Positions 8,995 through 19,992 of a DNA stretch of 26,024 nucleotides are shown here, piece by piece. The translations under genes and the position numbers were made by a program. The notes under the pieces were generated by a model. It saw nothing but the letters and a program-made list of their open reading frames with translations. It was not told the origin of the DNA and made no database searches. Each line of letters opens with the position of its first letter. Position 1 is the stretch's first letter. This stretch comes from Octopus sinensis (lineage: Eukaryota). The stretch lies in NCBI RefSeq assembly GCF_006345805.1, contig NW_021836004.1, positions 1 through 26,024 of the forward strand, given 5' to 3'.

Positions 8995-9410
8995 AGGCGC
9001 AAGAGTGGCTGTGTGGTAAGTAGCTTGCTTACCAACCACATGGTTCCGGGTTCAGTCCTACTGTGTGGCATTTTGGGCAAGTGTCTTCTGCTATAGCCTC
9101 GGGTCGACCAATGCCTTGTGAGTGGATTTGGTAGACGGAAACTGAAAGAAGCACGTCGTATATTTATATATATATATATATGTGTGTATGTATGTGGTTT
9201 GTTGTGTCTGTGTTTGTCCCCCTAGCATTGTTTGACAACTGATGCTGGTGTGGTTACGTCCCTGTCACTAGCGGTTCGGCAAAAGAGACCGATAGAATAA
9301 GTACTGGGCTTACAAAGAATAAGTCCCGGGGTCGATTTGCTCGACTAAAGGCGGTGCTCCAGCATGGCCGCAGTCAAATGACTGAAAACAAGTAAAAGAG
9401 TAAAAGAGAG
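8995..9410 (+). mobile_element. Full-length tRNA-derived CORE-type SINE (possibly one of the described octopus OR/OK families; not assigned)
   Basis: A-box TGGCTGTGTGG, B-box GGTTCAGTCC, CORE-like TTGGGCAAGTG, internal TA/GT microsatellite and (GTAAAAGA)n tail. Confidence 0.92.
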
Positions 9411-9463
9411 AGAGTATATATATATATGTGTGTGGGCGTGTGTGTGTGTGTTTATATATATAT

Positions 9464-9808
9464 TCTTTCACTTGTTTCAGTCATTTGACTATAGCCATGC
9501 TGGAGCACTGCCTTTAGTTGAGTAAATCAACACTAGGACTTATTCTTTCTAAGCCTAGTACTTATTCTATCAGTCTCTTTTGCCGAACCGCTATGTTACA
9601 AGGATGTAAACACACCAGTATTCATTGTCAAGCGATGGTGGGGTGACAGACATAGACACACAAACATATGTGTGTGTATATACATACATATATACATATG
9701 TATATATATATATATAAAGAAGCCTGTTGTATATATATATATATATACATATAATTAGTGAATGGAAGAAATGGAGTTGAACGAAGATTGTACAGAATTC
9801 CTTTTAAA

Positions 9809-9858
<50 letters not shown>

Positions 9859-10025
9859 TATATACAACAGGCTTCTTTCAGTTTCTGTCTACTAAATCCA
9901 CTCACAAGTCTTTGGTCAGCCCGAGGCTATAGTAGAAGACATTTGCCCAAGGTGCCACACAGTGGGACTGAACCCAGAACCATGTGGTTGGTAAGCAAGT
10001 CTCTTACCACAGCCACACTTGTGCA
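9464..10025 (-). mobile_element. Full-length main-family SINE with expanded, interrupted middle
   Basis: 3' half at 9464-9665 and 5' half at 9866-10025, both reverse complement to 8995-9410. Confidence 0.9.
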
Positions 10026-10493
10026 TATTCGAAAACAACACAGAACCAAATGAATGCTTTCTTAATTCTGTGTCTTGATTTTAATATAATTTAATTAGCA
10101 ATTTGTCATTTATATATTTTAATTACAAAATGAACTATTAATAACAAGTGTCTATGTGTGGCAGTGCAAGAGTACACCAGACTCCGGAATGTTCTAAATG
10201 GAAAAGATAACAATTTCATTTCTTAAATGCTAATTCTCCAAAGGAAATCCAATCTTAAGCTGAACAGATCTTCATCAACATCTGTCCTGAGTTATTTAAG
10301 ATATTTTTTAGATTTAGAAATGCCAAGGATTTTGCATATGCCTTTTCATTCACACTCACAGAGTTCAACTCATGTCTGCATGGGAAGTGGATGTTAAATG
10401 ATCGTATATGTAAATATATGTGGTTGTAACGAAGGCCATTGTCAGTGGTGTGTGACTGGCCTATTAAAAGCACCTTTGAATCGTTGGATGATG

Positions 10494-11180
10494 TCATCAT
10501 CATCATTGTTCGACCGTGGTCGAGACAATGGAATTTACCATGCTACGCCAGACTTCACGGTCCATCATAGCATTTCGGAGGTCCTGTTGCTGGATGCCTG
10601 TATCCCTGGAGATTACATCAGGGTAGGAGAGTGTGCACCCTCTGGTATCACGACCGTGGTTGAGACAATGGAATTTACCATGCTACGCCAGACTTCACGG
10701 TCCATCATGGCATTACGGAGGTCCTGTTGCTGGATGCCTGTATCCCTGGAGATTACATCAGGGTAAGAGAGTGTGCACCCTCTGGTATTGCGAGTAGATG
10801 GCTTCCAGAGGAGAAGAGTAGAAATTACCTCTTTTCCAGTTCTACAACAATGTCCAGCAAACTGGACTCTCTTACCTTTCACAAGAGATGACAGGTGGTA
10901 GTTTCCATATATTTGCTTTTGGTTGGATGGCGCTTCCACGAGAGATTTTGAGCTCTCATAAGGAGGCGAGTGTAAGTTCCATCCAACCGCCTCTCAAGCT
11001 TCTTTGATAACGTCCAGGTTTCTGAGCCATATAGTAGAATTGGTTCGACTGTGGCTTTGAAGATTTCAAGTTTGAAGTCTCTACTTAGATTTGATGACCA
11101 GATCTTATGCATGTCATTACAGGCTGACCAGGCCATACCCTTTCTAGTTAGAAAATCTTTTCCAGATGATGTGCTGTGCA
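10494..11180 (-). mobile_element. 5'-truncated RTE-clade LINE (C-terminal part of RT-containing ORF, frameshifted) with (TGA)n tail
   Basis: ORF 10879-11265 contains RKGMAWSAC..KIW..FKATVEPILLYGSETWTL..RRLDGTYTRLLM. The next frame (10613-10939) continues QFAGHC..DLRNAMMDREVWR. These are typical RTE post-RT motifs. Confidence 0.9.
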
Positions 11181-11182
11181 TG

Positions 11183-11692
11183 TGAAGACCTGTCGAACCG
11201 AGTGAATTCATAGTTGTGGCCGATGCCAGTGCCGTCTGACTGGCACCCATGCTGGTGGCACACAAAAAGCACCATTTGAGGTTTGAGTCTCAGGGAGGCA
11301 GTGACAGGTAACCAAAGCCCTTGGTGATGTATATTTGTGTAATCAAAGGAGGTGACTTTGTGCCAGGGGGATGGAAAGTTAGAGAATGGGTGGAGGGAAA
11401 GAAATAGGGGTCATGCTGTAGGGGAGGTACATATATGTATATATCTATGTATACACACACACACACACACACTATCAAGTCAAGTGAGGCTGTAGTCGTG
11501 GCTGATACTGGTTTCAGGCCAATGGCACCTGTGCCAGTGACACATAAAAAAAAACACCCACTACACTCTCGGAGTGGTTGGCATTAGGAAGGGCAGCCAG
11601 ATTGGAACCCGGTACAGCTCCCTGGCTTACCAGTCTTCAGTCAAACCGTCCAACCCATGCCAGCATGGAAAGCAGACGTAAATGATGATAAT
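11183..11692 (+). mobile_element. Composite (GAT)n-tailed retroposon copy or copies with inserted segment
   Basis: GAAGACCTGT...GGTGGCAC.CAAAAAGCACC and CACTACACTCTCGGAGTGGTTGG...CCAACCCATGCCAGCATGG motifs. Confidence 0.7.
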
Positions 11693-11707
11693 ATATATAG
11701 AAAGTGA

Positions 11708-11745
<38 letters not shown>

Positions 11746-11865
11746 TCTATGTACAAGTGTGGGGGTGAAAAGATCCTAAATTTAAGAGCATCACGACAGG
11801 CCTAGTTTCCCTCTCTCTCTTTCGGAGAGGCACTGAGCAGCTACACGCACATATACACCCATGGC

Positions 11866-12010
11866 AGTAACTTCCACCTACCAAATTCAATCACAAAGCT
11901 TCGGTCGACTCGGGGCTATAGTGGAAGACACCAGCCCAAAGTGCCACGCAGTGGGACTGAACCCGAAACCATGTAGCTAGAAAGCAAGCTCCCTAACCAC
12001 ACAGCCATGC
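11866..12010 (-). mobile_element. Main-family SINE 5' half (diverged)
   Basis: GGGGCTATAG..GAAGACAC...CAGTGGGACTGAACCC...AACCACACAGCC. Confidence 0.8.
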
Positions 12011-12085
12011 CCACGAAACATAAATAGTTCAGGATCTTTTTAACATCATCTCGTATATATGTGTGTGTGTGTAGGTATGTATATG

Positions 12086-12240
12086 CATGTATGGGTTGGA
12101 CGAAGTGACAGGAGGTGGTAAGTGAGAAGAATGCACCAGGCCATGCTGCCTGCCTTGAAATGGTTTCTACAGCTCAATGCTCCTCCTGACATTAACCGCT
12201 TTACAGGACGTATTGGGTGATTTTTACATTGCACTGGCAC
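12086..12240 (-). mobile_element. Old (GAT)n-tail family fragment
   Basis: ATGGGTTGGAC...GGTTTCTACAGCT similarity to other copies. Confidence 0.6.
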
Positions 12241-12324
12241 GGTATAAATCCAAAGAAGTTTTGTGAAGATAAATCACTGAAACTTTAGAGTTAGAATTAC
12301 TTTGGCCTGACATTTTGTGTATCC

Positions 12325-12530
12325 TCATTGTCATCATTTAACATCCGTTTTTCCATGCTGTCATGGGTTGGATAATTTGACAGGAGGTGGTGTGCCAAGT
12401 TCTCTTGCCTGTTTCAGCATGGTTTCTATGACCGGATGCCCTTCCTAATGCCAGCCTCTTTACAGAGTGTACAGGGAGCTTATTATGTGGCACCAGCACC
12501 AGTGAGGTCACCAGGTAACTTGCAAAGCCA
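12325..12530 (-). mobile_element. (GAT)n-tail family fragment
   Basis: TCATCATTTAACATCCG..TTCCATGC...GGATGCCCTTCCTAATGCCA. Confidence 0.75.
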
Positions 12531-12666
12531 AGAACCCCACAACAGAAGTAGGGGGTAGCATCAAAGAAGGTGACTTTGTGCCAGGGGATGGAAAGTTAGA
12601 GAATGGGTAGAGGGAAAGAAATAGGGGTCATGCTGTAGGGGAGGTACATATATGTATACATCTATG

Positions 12667-12710
<44 letters not shown>

Positions 12711-13367
12711 GACATGCATACACATACATATATATATATTATGCTTATTCATCACACACAGACACACACGGAAAGAGGGTTGGGTGAAGATGGAGACAAT
12801 TTCTAATGAATTGATTCCAGTAAGTATACATTTAATTAACTAATTAGTTATAATGATCCACATCCACGTCGCACCACACCCGTTCATTGGCAGCCGCAAC
12901 CCCGCTCCCACCATCACACAAATATATATATATATATATATGTACTCACACACACACACACACACACACTCTAACCCCACCCCCATCTTCTATAGCCGCA
13001 CGTATGTCACACTCACTAATTGATTATGATAATTACAGTGAAACCTGAACTGCAAATGAGTAACACAAACAACAACAATAACAACAACAACATTGATCTA
13101 ATTAAAAATTAAAATCAAACCAAACACTGGGAATATTAATTAGTATGAAACTTAATTAGATGCTGATTAATTGCTTTGTGTCATGTGACCTACATAAATC
13201 AGCTGACCAATGGTGGGTGACGGCGAGAGGTGCATCACTCGGGATTTGAAACCCAGCACGATAAGAGTACATGGAGTTACTGTGTGTCTTGTTTCAGCTT
13301 CTTCCGAGCAGGGATGCGGTCAAGAGGCTGACCGGTCATCACTGCGTTCATCCATATTGGTCATAGC

Positions 13368-13620
13368 CTTTTGCTAGTTTCAGTTATTTGACTACGACCA
13401 TGCTGGAGCACCAGCTTAAACAGAGAAACCTTAAAGGGTTTGTATTTTTGAGTCAAAGAAATCGATCCCGGCAATTAATCTTTGTTAAGCTTAGTACTTA
13501 TTCTATCAGTCTCTTTTGCTGAACTGCTAGGTTGCAGGGACATAAGCAAACCAACATCGGTTGTCATGAGGCACTGGGGGGGGGGAAACAAACACAGACA
13601 CAAAGACAAACACACATATA
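13368..13620 (-). mobile_element. Main-family SINE 3' half, running into the 65-bp array
   Basis: GTTTCAGT.ATTTGACT..GACCATGCTGGAGCACC...AGTACTTATTCTATC...ACAAACACAGACAC. Confidence 0.85.
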
Positions 13621-15091
13621 TGAAGGGCTTCTTTCAGTTTCCATTTACCAAATCCACTCACAGCCCTCAGACAAACACACATATATGAAGGGCTTCTTTC
13701 AGTTTCCATTTACCAAATCCACTCACAGCCCTCAGACAAACACACATATATGAAGGGCTTCTTTCAGTTTCCATTTACCAAATCCACTCACAGCCCTCAG
13801 ACAAACACACATATATGAAGGGCATCTTTCAGTTTCCATTTACCAAATCCACTCACAGCCCTCAGACAAACACACATATATGAAGGGCTTCTTTCAGTTT
13901 CCATTTACCAATCCACTCACAGCCCTCAGACAAACCACATATATGAAGGGCTTCTTTCAGTTTCCATTTACCAAATCCACTCACAGCCCTCAGACAAACA
14001 CACATATATGAAGGGCTTCTTTTAGTTTCCATTTACCAAATCCACTCACAGTTCTCAGACAAACACACATATATGAAGGGCTTCTTTCAGTTTCCATTTA
14101 CCAAATCCACTCACAGCCCTCAGACAAACACACATATGTGTAGGGCTTCTTTCAGTTTCCATTTACCAATCCACTCACAGCCCTCAGACAAACACACATA
14201 TATGAAGGGCTTCTTCAGTTTCCATTTACCAAATCCACTCACAGCCCTCAGACAAACACACATATGTGTAGGGCTTCTTTCAGTTTCCATTTACCAAATC
14301 CATTCACAGCCCTCAGACAAACACACATATATGAAGGGCATCTTTCAGTTTCCATTTACCAAATCCACTCACAGCCCTCAGACAAACACACATATATGAA
14401 GGGCTTCTTTCAGTTTCCATTTACCAAATCCACTCACAGCCCTCAGACAAACACACATATATGAAGGGCTTCTTTCAGTTTCCATTTACCAAATCCACTC
14501 ACAGCCCTCAGACAAACACACATATATGAAGGGCTTCTTTTAGTTTCCATTTACCAAATCCACTCACAGTTCTCAGACAAACACACATATATGAAGGGCT
14601 TCTTTCAGTTTCCATTTACCAAATCCACTCACAGCCCTCAGACAAACACACATATGTGTAGGGCTTCTTTCAGTTTCCATTTACCAAATCCATTCACAGC
14701 CCTCAGACAAACACACATATATGAAGGGCTTCTTTCAGTTTCCATTTACCAAATCCACTCACAGCCCTCAGACAAACACACATATGTGTAGGGCTTCTTT
14801 CAGTTTCCATTTACCAAATCCATTCACAGCCCTCAGACAAACACACATATATGAAGGGCTTCTTTCAGTTTCCATTTACCAAATCCACCCACAGCCCTCA
14901 GACAAACACACATATATGAAGGGCTTCTTTCAGTTTCCATTTACCAAATCCATTCACAGCCCTCAGACAAACACACATATATGAAGGGCTTCTTTCAGTT
15001 TCCATTTACCAAATCCACCCACAGCCCTCAGACAAACACACATATGTGTAGGGCTTCTTTCAGTTTCCATTTACCAAATCCACCCACAGCC
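13621..15091. repeat. 65-bp SINE-derived tandem array, about 23 units
   Basis: Unit TGAAGGGCTTCTTTCAGTTTCCATTTACCAAATCCACTCACAGCCCTCAGACAAACACACATATA; units start at 13621, 13686, 13751, 13816 and so on. Confidence 0.97.
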
Positions 15092-15158
15092 TTCAGTCAA
15101 ATCGTACAGCCCATGCCAGTATGGAAAGCGGACATTAAATGACGACAACGACGATGAT
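15092..15158 (+). mobile_element. (GAT)n-tail family 3' end
   Basis: TTCAGTCAAA.CGT.CA.CCCATGCCAGTATGGAAAGCGGAC.TTAAATGACGAC...GATGAT. Confidence 0.8.
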
Positions 15159-15329
15159 ATATATATATATATACACACACATATATATAAGGCCAGGTGG
15201 GGTGTGAATTTTCGGTATTTCCAAGGAAGCACTCAACCTGAATCCTGGGTTTCCAGCCAAAACTGGAATTCTTCAGGTGCAGAAAATTCCAGTTTCATAA
15301 CAATTATACTGTAAAATGGTAACCCCCCC

Positions 15330-15948
15330 ACACACACGACTATACACACACACACTCACGGCTATATACACACACGACTATACACACACACACTCACGGC
15401 TATATACACACACGACTATACACACACACTCACGGCTATATACACACACACTCACGGCTATATACACACACACTCACGGCTATATACACACACACTCACG
15501 GCTATATACACACACACTCACGGCTATATACACACATGACTATACACACACACACTCACGGCTATATACACACGGGACTATATACACACACACTCACGGC
15601 TATATACACACATGACTATACACACACACTCACGGCTATATACACACACACTCACGGCTATATACACACACACTCACGGCTATATACACACACACTCACG
15701 GCTATATACACACACACTCACGGCTATATACACACATGACTATACACACACACACTCACGGCTATATACACACGGGACTATATACACACACACTCACGGC
15801 TATACACACACACACTCACGGCTATATACACACGGGACTATATACACACACACTCACGGCTATATACACACACACTCACGGCTATATACACACGGGACTA
15901 TATACACACACACTCACGGCTATACACACACGGGACTATATACACACA
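15330..15948. repeat. About 20-bp minisatellite (ACACACACTCACGGCTATAT)n with GACTAT variants
   Basis: Seen directly. Confidence 0.95.
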
Positions 15949-16094
15949 ATGATATATTGGCTTGGCTATGGTCTTAGGTAAGGTTTGATGGGGTGGAGGA
16001 CTGGAGAAACTGGATTTAGGTTTGAATGCAGGTGAAAGTCTTTAAGAAAAGGAGGAAGAAAAATATCCTGTTTTAGATTTGAATATCATTGTAG

Positions 16095-16575
16095 AATGGG
16101 AAGGGAGAGGGGGAGGAAAGAGAGGTAGAATGAGAGAGTGGGGAGAAAGAGAGGAGAGAGAAAGAGAGAGAGTGGAAGAAAGAGAAAGAGGGAGAGAGAG
16201 TGTGGGAGAAAGAGAAAGAGGGAGAGAGGAAAAGAGAGGTAGAATGAGGGAGAGAGAGGGGGAGAAAGAGAGAGAGTGGAAGAGAGAGAGTGGAAGAAAG
16301 AGAGAGGAATGGAGAGTGAGAAAGAGAGGAGAAAGAAGGAAGGAGAAAGAGAGAAAGCGAGAGGAGAGGGAAAGAGAGAGGATAAAGAGGGAGAGAGGAA
16401 AAGGGAGGTAGAATGAGGGAGAGAGAGAGGGGAGAAAAAGAGAAGGAGAGAGAAATGGAGAGTGAGAAAGAGAGGAGAAAGGAGGGAGAAAGAGAGAAAG
16501 CGAGTAGAGAGGGGAAGAGAGAGAGAGAAAGAAAGAGAGGGAGAAAGAAAGAGAAGGAGAAAGAGAGAGAGAGAG
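16095..16575. repeat. Polypurine (GA-rich) degenerate satellite
   Basis: Almost pure A/G with recurring GAGGTAGAATGAG and ATGGAGAGTGAGAAA blocks. Confidence 0.9.
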
Positions 16576-16899
16576 GGTGTATGAGAGCTGAAGACTTTGG
16601 AGGAAGAAATTTTTTGTGGGTTGAAAAAAGAAGGGATTTGAATAATGATTGAAGACAAAGGAAAAACATAAAGATGATTGACGGGGCTGAAGGGGGTGGG
16701 ACGATGGGGCTTAGGGGACACTTCACAATGGATGGAATAATGGGAGGGGAAATGATGGGAGGGATTTGGTGAGGTGGAGATACTTGCTTAAGATGGGAAG
16801 GAAGAAAATGGCTGACGTAAGGAGGAGGAGGAGGGGAACAATGGAAGAGAAGAAGGGTCAAATATGAGGGGTGGTGGGCATGGACGGGTGTTACTGGGA

Positions 16900-17283
16900 A
16901 GTTTGTGTGTGTGTGTCTGTGTGTGTGTGTGTGTATATGAGTGTGTGTGTGTGTGTATGTGTGTATGAGTGTGTGAGTTTGTGTGCATGTGTGTGTGTGT
17001 ATGTATGAGTGTGTGAGTGGTTGGGTGTGTGCGAGTTTGTGTGCATGTGTGTGTGTATGAGTGGGTGAGTTTGTGTGTGTGTGTGGGTGTGTGTGTATGA
17101 GTGGTTGGGTGTGTGTGAGTGTGTGTGCCCACACATTTATGTGTGTGTGTGTGTGAGTTTGTGTATTTGTTTGTGTCTGTGTGTATGTGTGTGTGTGAGT
17201 GTGTTTGGTTGGGTGTGTTCAAATTTGTCTGTGTGCAAACTTGTGTATGTGTGTGTGTGCATATGTTGTGTGTGTGTGTGTGT
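16900..17283. repeat. GT-rich degenerate micro/minisatellite
   Basis: Seen directly. Confidence 0.9.
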
Positions 17284-17494
17284 ATTTGGAATATCTAATG
17301 AGAAGGAGACAAAAGGCCCCTTTACAAAGATTAAGGGCCACATTTAACAACAGACTCTTCACCCCTCAACTATTTCCTTACGTATTTGTTTTCTTCGTTT
17401 AAAATTCTCTGCAATTATTTTCTTAGTTAATTACCCAATCAATGGTTTTCCAGTATAATTGTTCATTCCATTCAAAGAGTCAGTGTGTGACCAC

Positions 17495-18130
17495 GTACAC
17501 ATAAACACACACACATTCACACACACACTCATATACACACACATACATACACACACATACTAATATATAAATACATACATATATATATATATACATATAT
17601 ATATGTGTATATACGTACAATCATATGCATACATACAACACTATATATATATTATGTATATATATATTACGTATATATATATATACACACACACATATAT
17701 ATATACATATATATACAATCGTATACATACATACATACAACACTACATATATATATATATATATATATTGGAATATATATATTGTGTCTGTGTATATATA
17801 TATGTATATATATACATACATGTACATACACACATACATATATATAAATTGGTGCATACGTACCTATACGTATACACACACACACATATATATATACATA
17901 CATACATGTATACATACACATACTCATCTAGATGTGCATACATGCATACACACATATACACTAAAAAATACACACATATACACACACCCAAATATACAGA
18001 CATACACACACATATACACACACAGGTATACACACACACAGACACAGATACACACAAACACACACATACATACATACACACATTCATACACACAAGTATA
18101 CACACATCCGCACCCAGATACACATGAACA
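17495..18130. repeat. Compound TA/CA microsatellite
   Basis: Seen directly. Confidence 0.9.
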
Positions 18131-18134
18131 CCCA

Positions 18135-18770
18135 CACACACACACCCTCAGATACACTCACACACCTGGATACACACACCCATACACAGGTATACACTCA
18201 CACACACACCCTCAGATACACTCACACACCTGGATACACACACCCATACACAGGTATACACTCACACACACACCCTCAGATACACTCACACACCTGGATA
18301 CACACACCCATACACAGGTATACACTCACACACACACCCTCAGATACACTCACACACCTGGATACACACACCCATACACAGGTATACACTCACACACACA
18401 CCCTCAGATACACTCACACACCTGGATACACACACCCATACACAGGTATACACTCACACACACACCCTCAGATACACTCACACACCTGGATACACACACA
18501 CCCACACACAGGTATACACACACACACAGAGCCAAACACCAACGCCCCCACACTCACACACCTGGATACACAAACACCCATACACAGGTATACACACACA
18601 CACAGCCAAACACCAACCCCCCCACCGTCACACACCTGGATACACACACACCCACACACAGGTATACACACACACACACACACACAGCCAAACACCAACC
18701 CCCCACCCTCACACACCTGGATACACACACACCCACACACAGGTATACACACACACACACACACCTGGCC
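18135..18770. repeat. 64-bp tandem array (6 copies) followed by 3 variant units
   Basis: CCCTCAGAT occurs at 18145, 18209, 18273, 18337, 18401 and 18465; later units replace it with GCCAAACACCAAC. Confidence 0.95.
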
Positions 18771-19099
18771 GTGCAAATGTCTCCCCCCCCGCACTTCAGT
18801 TACAAAATTCTTCTTAAATCTTTTCTTCAAATTCTTTTTGTTTTTTTAATTCCTCAAAGAATAAAAAATTTTTTTTAAATTCTAAAAAAACCCCCCAAAA
18901 AATCCTCAGACAAAAGCCGAAACAATAAACATTGCAACATAATGAGTAGAGAGATGGAAAGACTTGCTTAAGGTGTGAATGGAGACAATGGCTGATGTGA
19001 CAGAGTCAAGTTTAAGACAGAAACAAACAAAAAACAAAAAACAATCTGTTTGCCATTGTTTTCAAACAATTTTACTAAATTTTACAGGTTTTTTTACCA

Positions 19100-19760
19100 T
19101 TTTCTTCTTCAATCTCTCTCTCTTTCTCTCTCTCTCTTTTTCTTCTTCAATCTCTCTCTCTCTCCCCTTTGTTCTCTCTCTCACACTCTCTCTCCTTTGT
19201 TCTCTCTCTCTCTCTCTTTCTTTTTCTTCTTCAATCTCTCTCTCTCTCTCTCTCTCTTTCTTTTTCAATCTCTCTCTCTCTCTCCCCTTTGTTCCCTCTC
19301 TCTCTCTTTCTTTTTCTTGGTCTCTTTCTCTTCTTGATCCCCTTCTCTCTAATTCTCTCTATATTCTCTTCCTCTCCAGCTTTCTCCTGTTTCTTACTCT
19401 CCCTCTCTCTCTCCGTCTCTCTCTTGTGTTCTCCTTCCCTTACTCTCTCCTCTCTCTCTTTCTCTCTTGCTTTTTTCTTCTCTTACTCTCTCTCCTCTCT
19501 CTCTCTGACTTTCTCCCATGGCCCTTCCTCTTTCTCCCTTTCTCTATCTCTCTTTCTCTCTCTGTCTGCCACTCCAACTTTCTCCTCTCTCTCCCTATTC
19601 CCCCTCCCCTCTCTTTCTCCTCCACCCTTCTACCTCACTCACACCCCTTTCTCCTCCCTCTCCTCCTCTCTCACCTGCTCCCTTTCCTCTTTCCTCCCCC
19701 TCCCCCCATTCTCTCTCCTCCCTCCCTCCCCATTCCCTCCCACCCTGGTCCCTCTTCAAA
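19100..19760. repeat. Polypyrimidine (CT-rich) tract
   Basis: Almost pure C/T with repeated TTCTTCAATCTCTCTC blocks. Confidence 0.9.
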
Positions 19761-19992
19761 TTTCTTTTCTCCTCACAAAAAAATAAAAAGAAAAAAATCT
19801 TTAAACCAAAACCATTCTTTCTGTTGTCTTTCATTCTTTCTGGGGTTAGGAGTGGAGGTCAGGGAAGGAACGGTTTTCAACACTGTTTTCTACTCTGTTT
19901 TTTGTGGTTTCCTTTTTTGACTTTTTAAAAATAAATATTCGGCTTTCAAAGGTTTTCTTTGAATGCCTTCAACTATGGCCACCACCACCAGG

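Noticed and set aside
13283-13365. Possible exon after TTGTTTCAG
   Set aside because: No convincing donor site, no recognisable peptide and no partner exons; TGTTTCAG also occurs in the SINE tail.
13621-15091. 65-bp array as a CRISPR array or repeat-protein CDS
   Set aside because: There are no unique spacers, the unit is SINE-derived, the period is not a multiple of 3, and the context is eukaryotic.
15225-15281. Minus-strand CUGAAGA...CAG-UUUUGG-CUG GAAAC...GUU hammerhead-like string, overlapping an 11-bp inverted repeat
   Set aside because: It needs a 4-nt insertion before stem II and stem I is mismatched; it is single-copy and not TA-flanked. Worth only an automated recheck.
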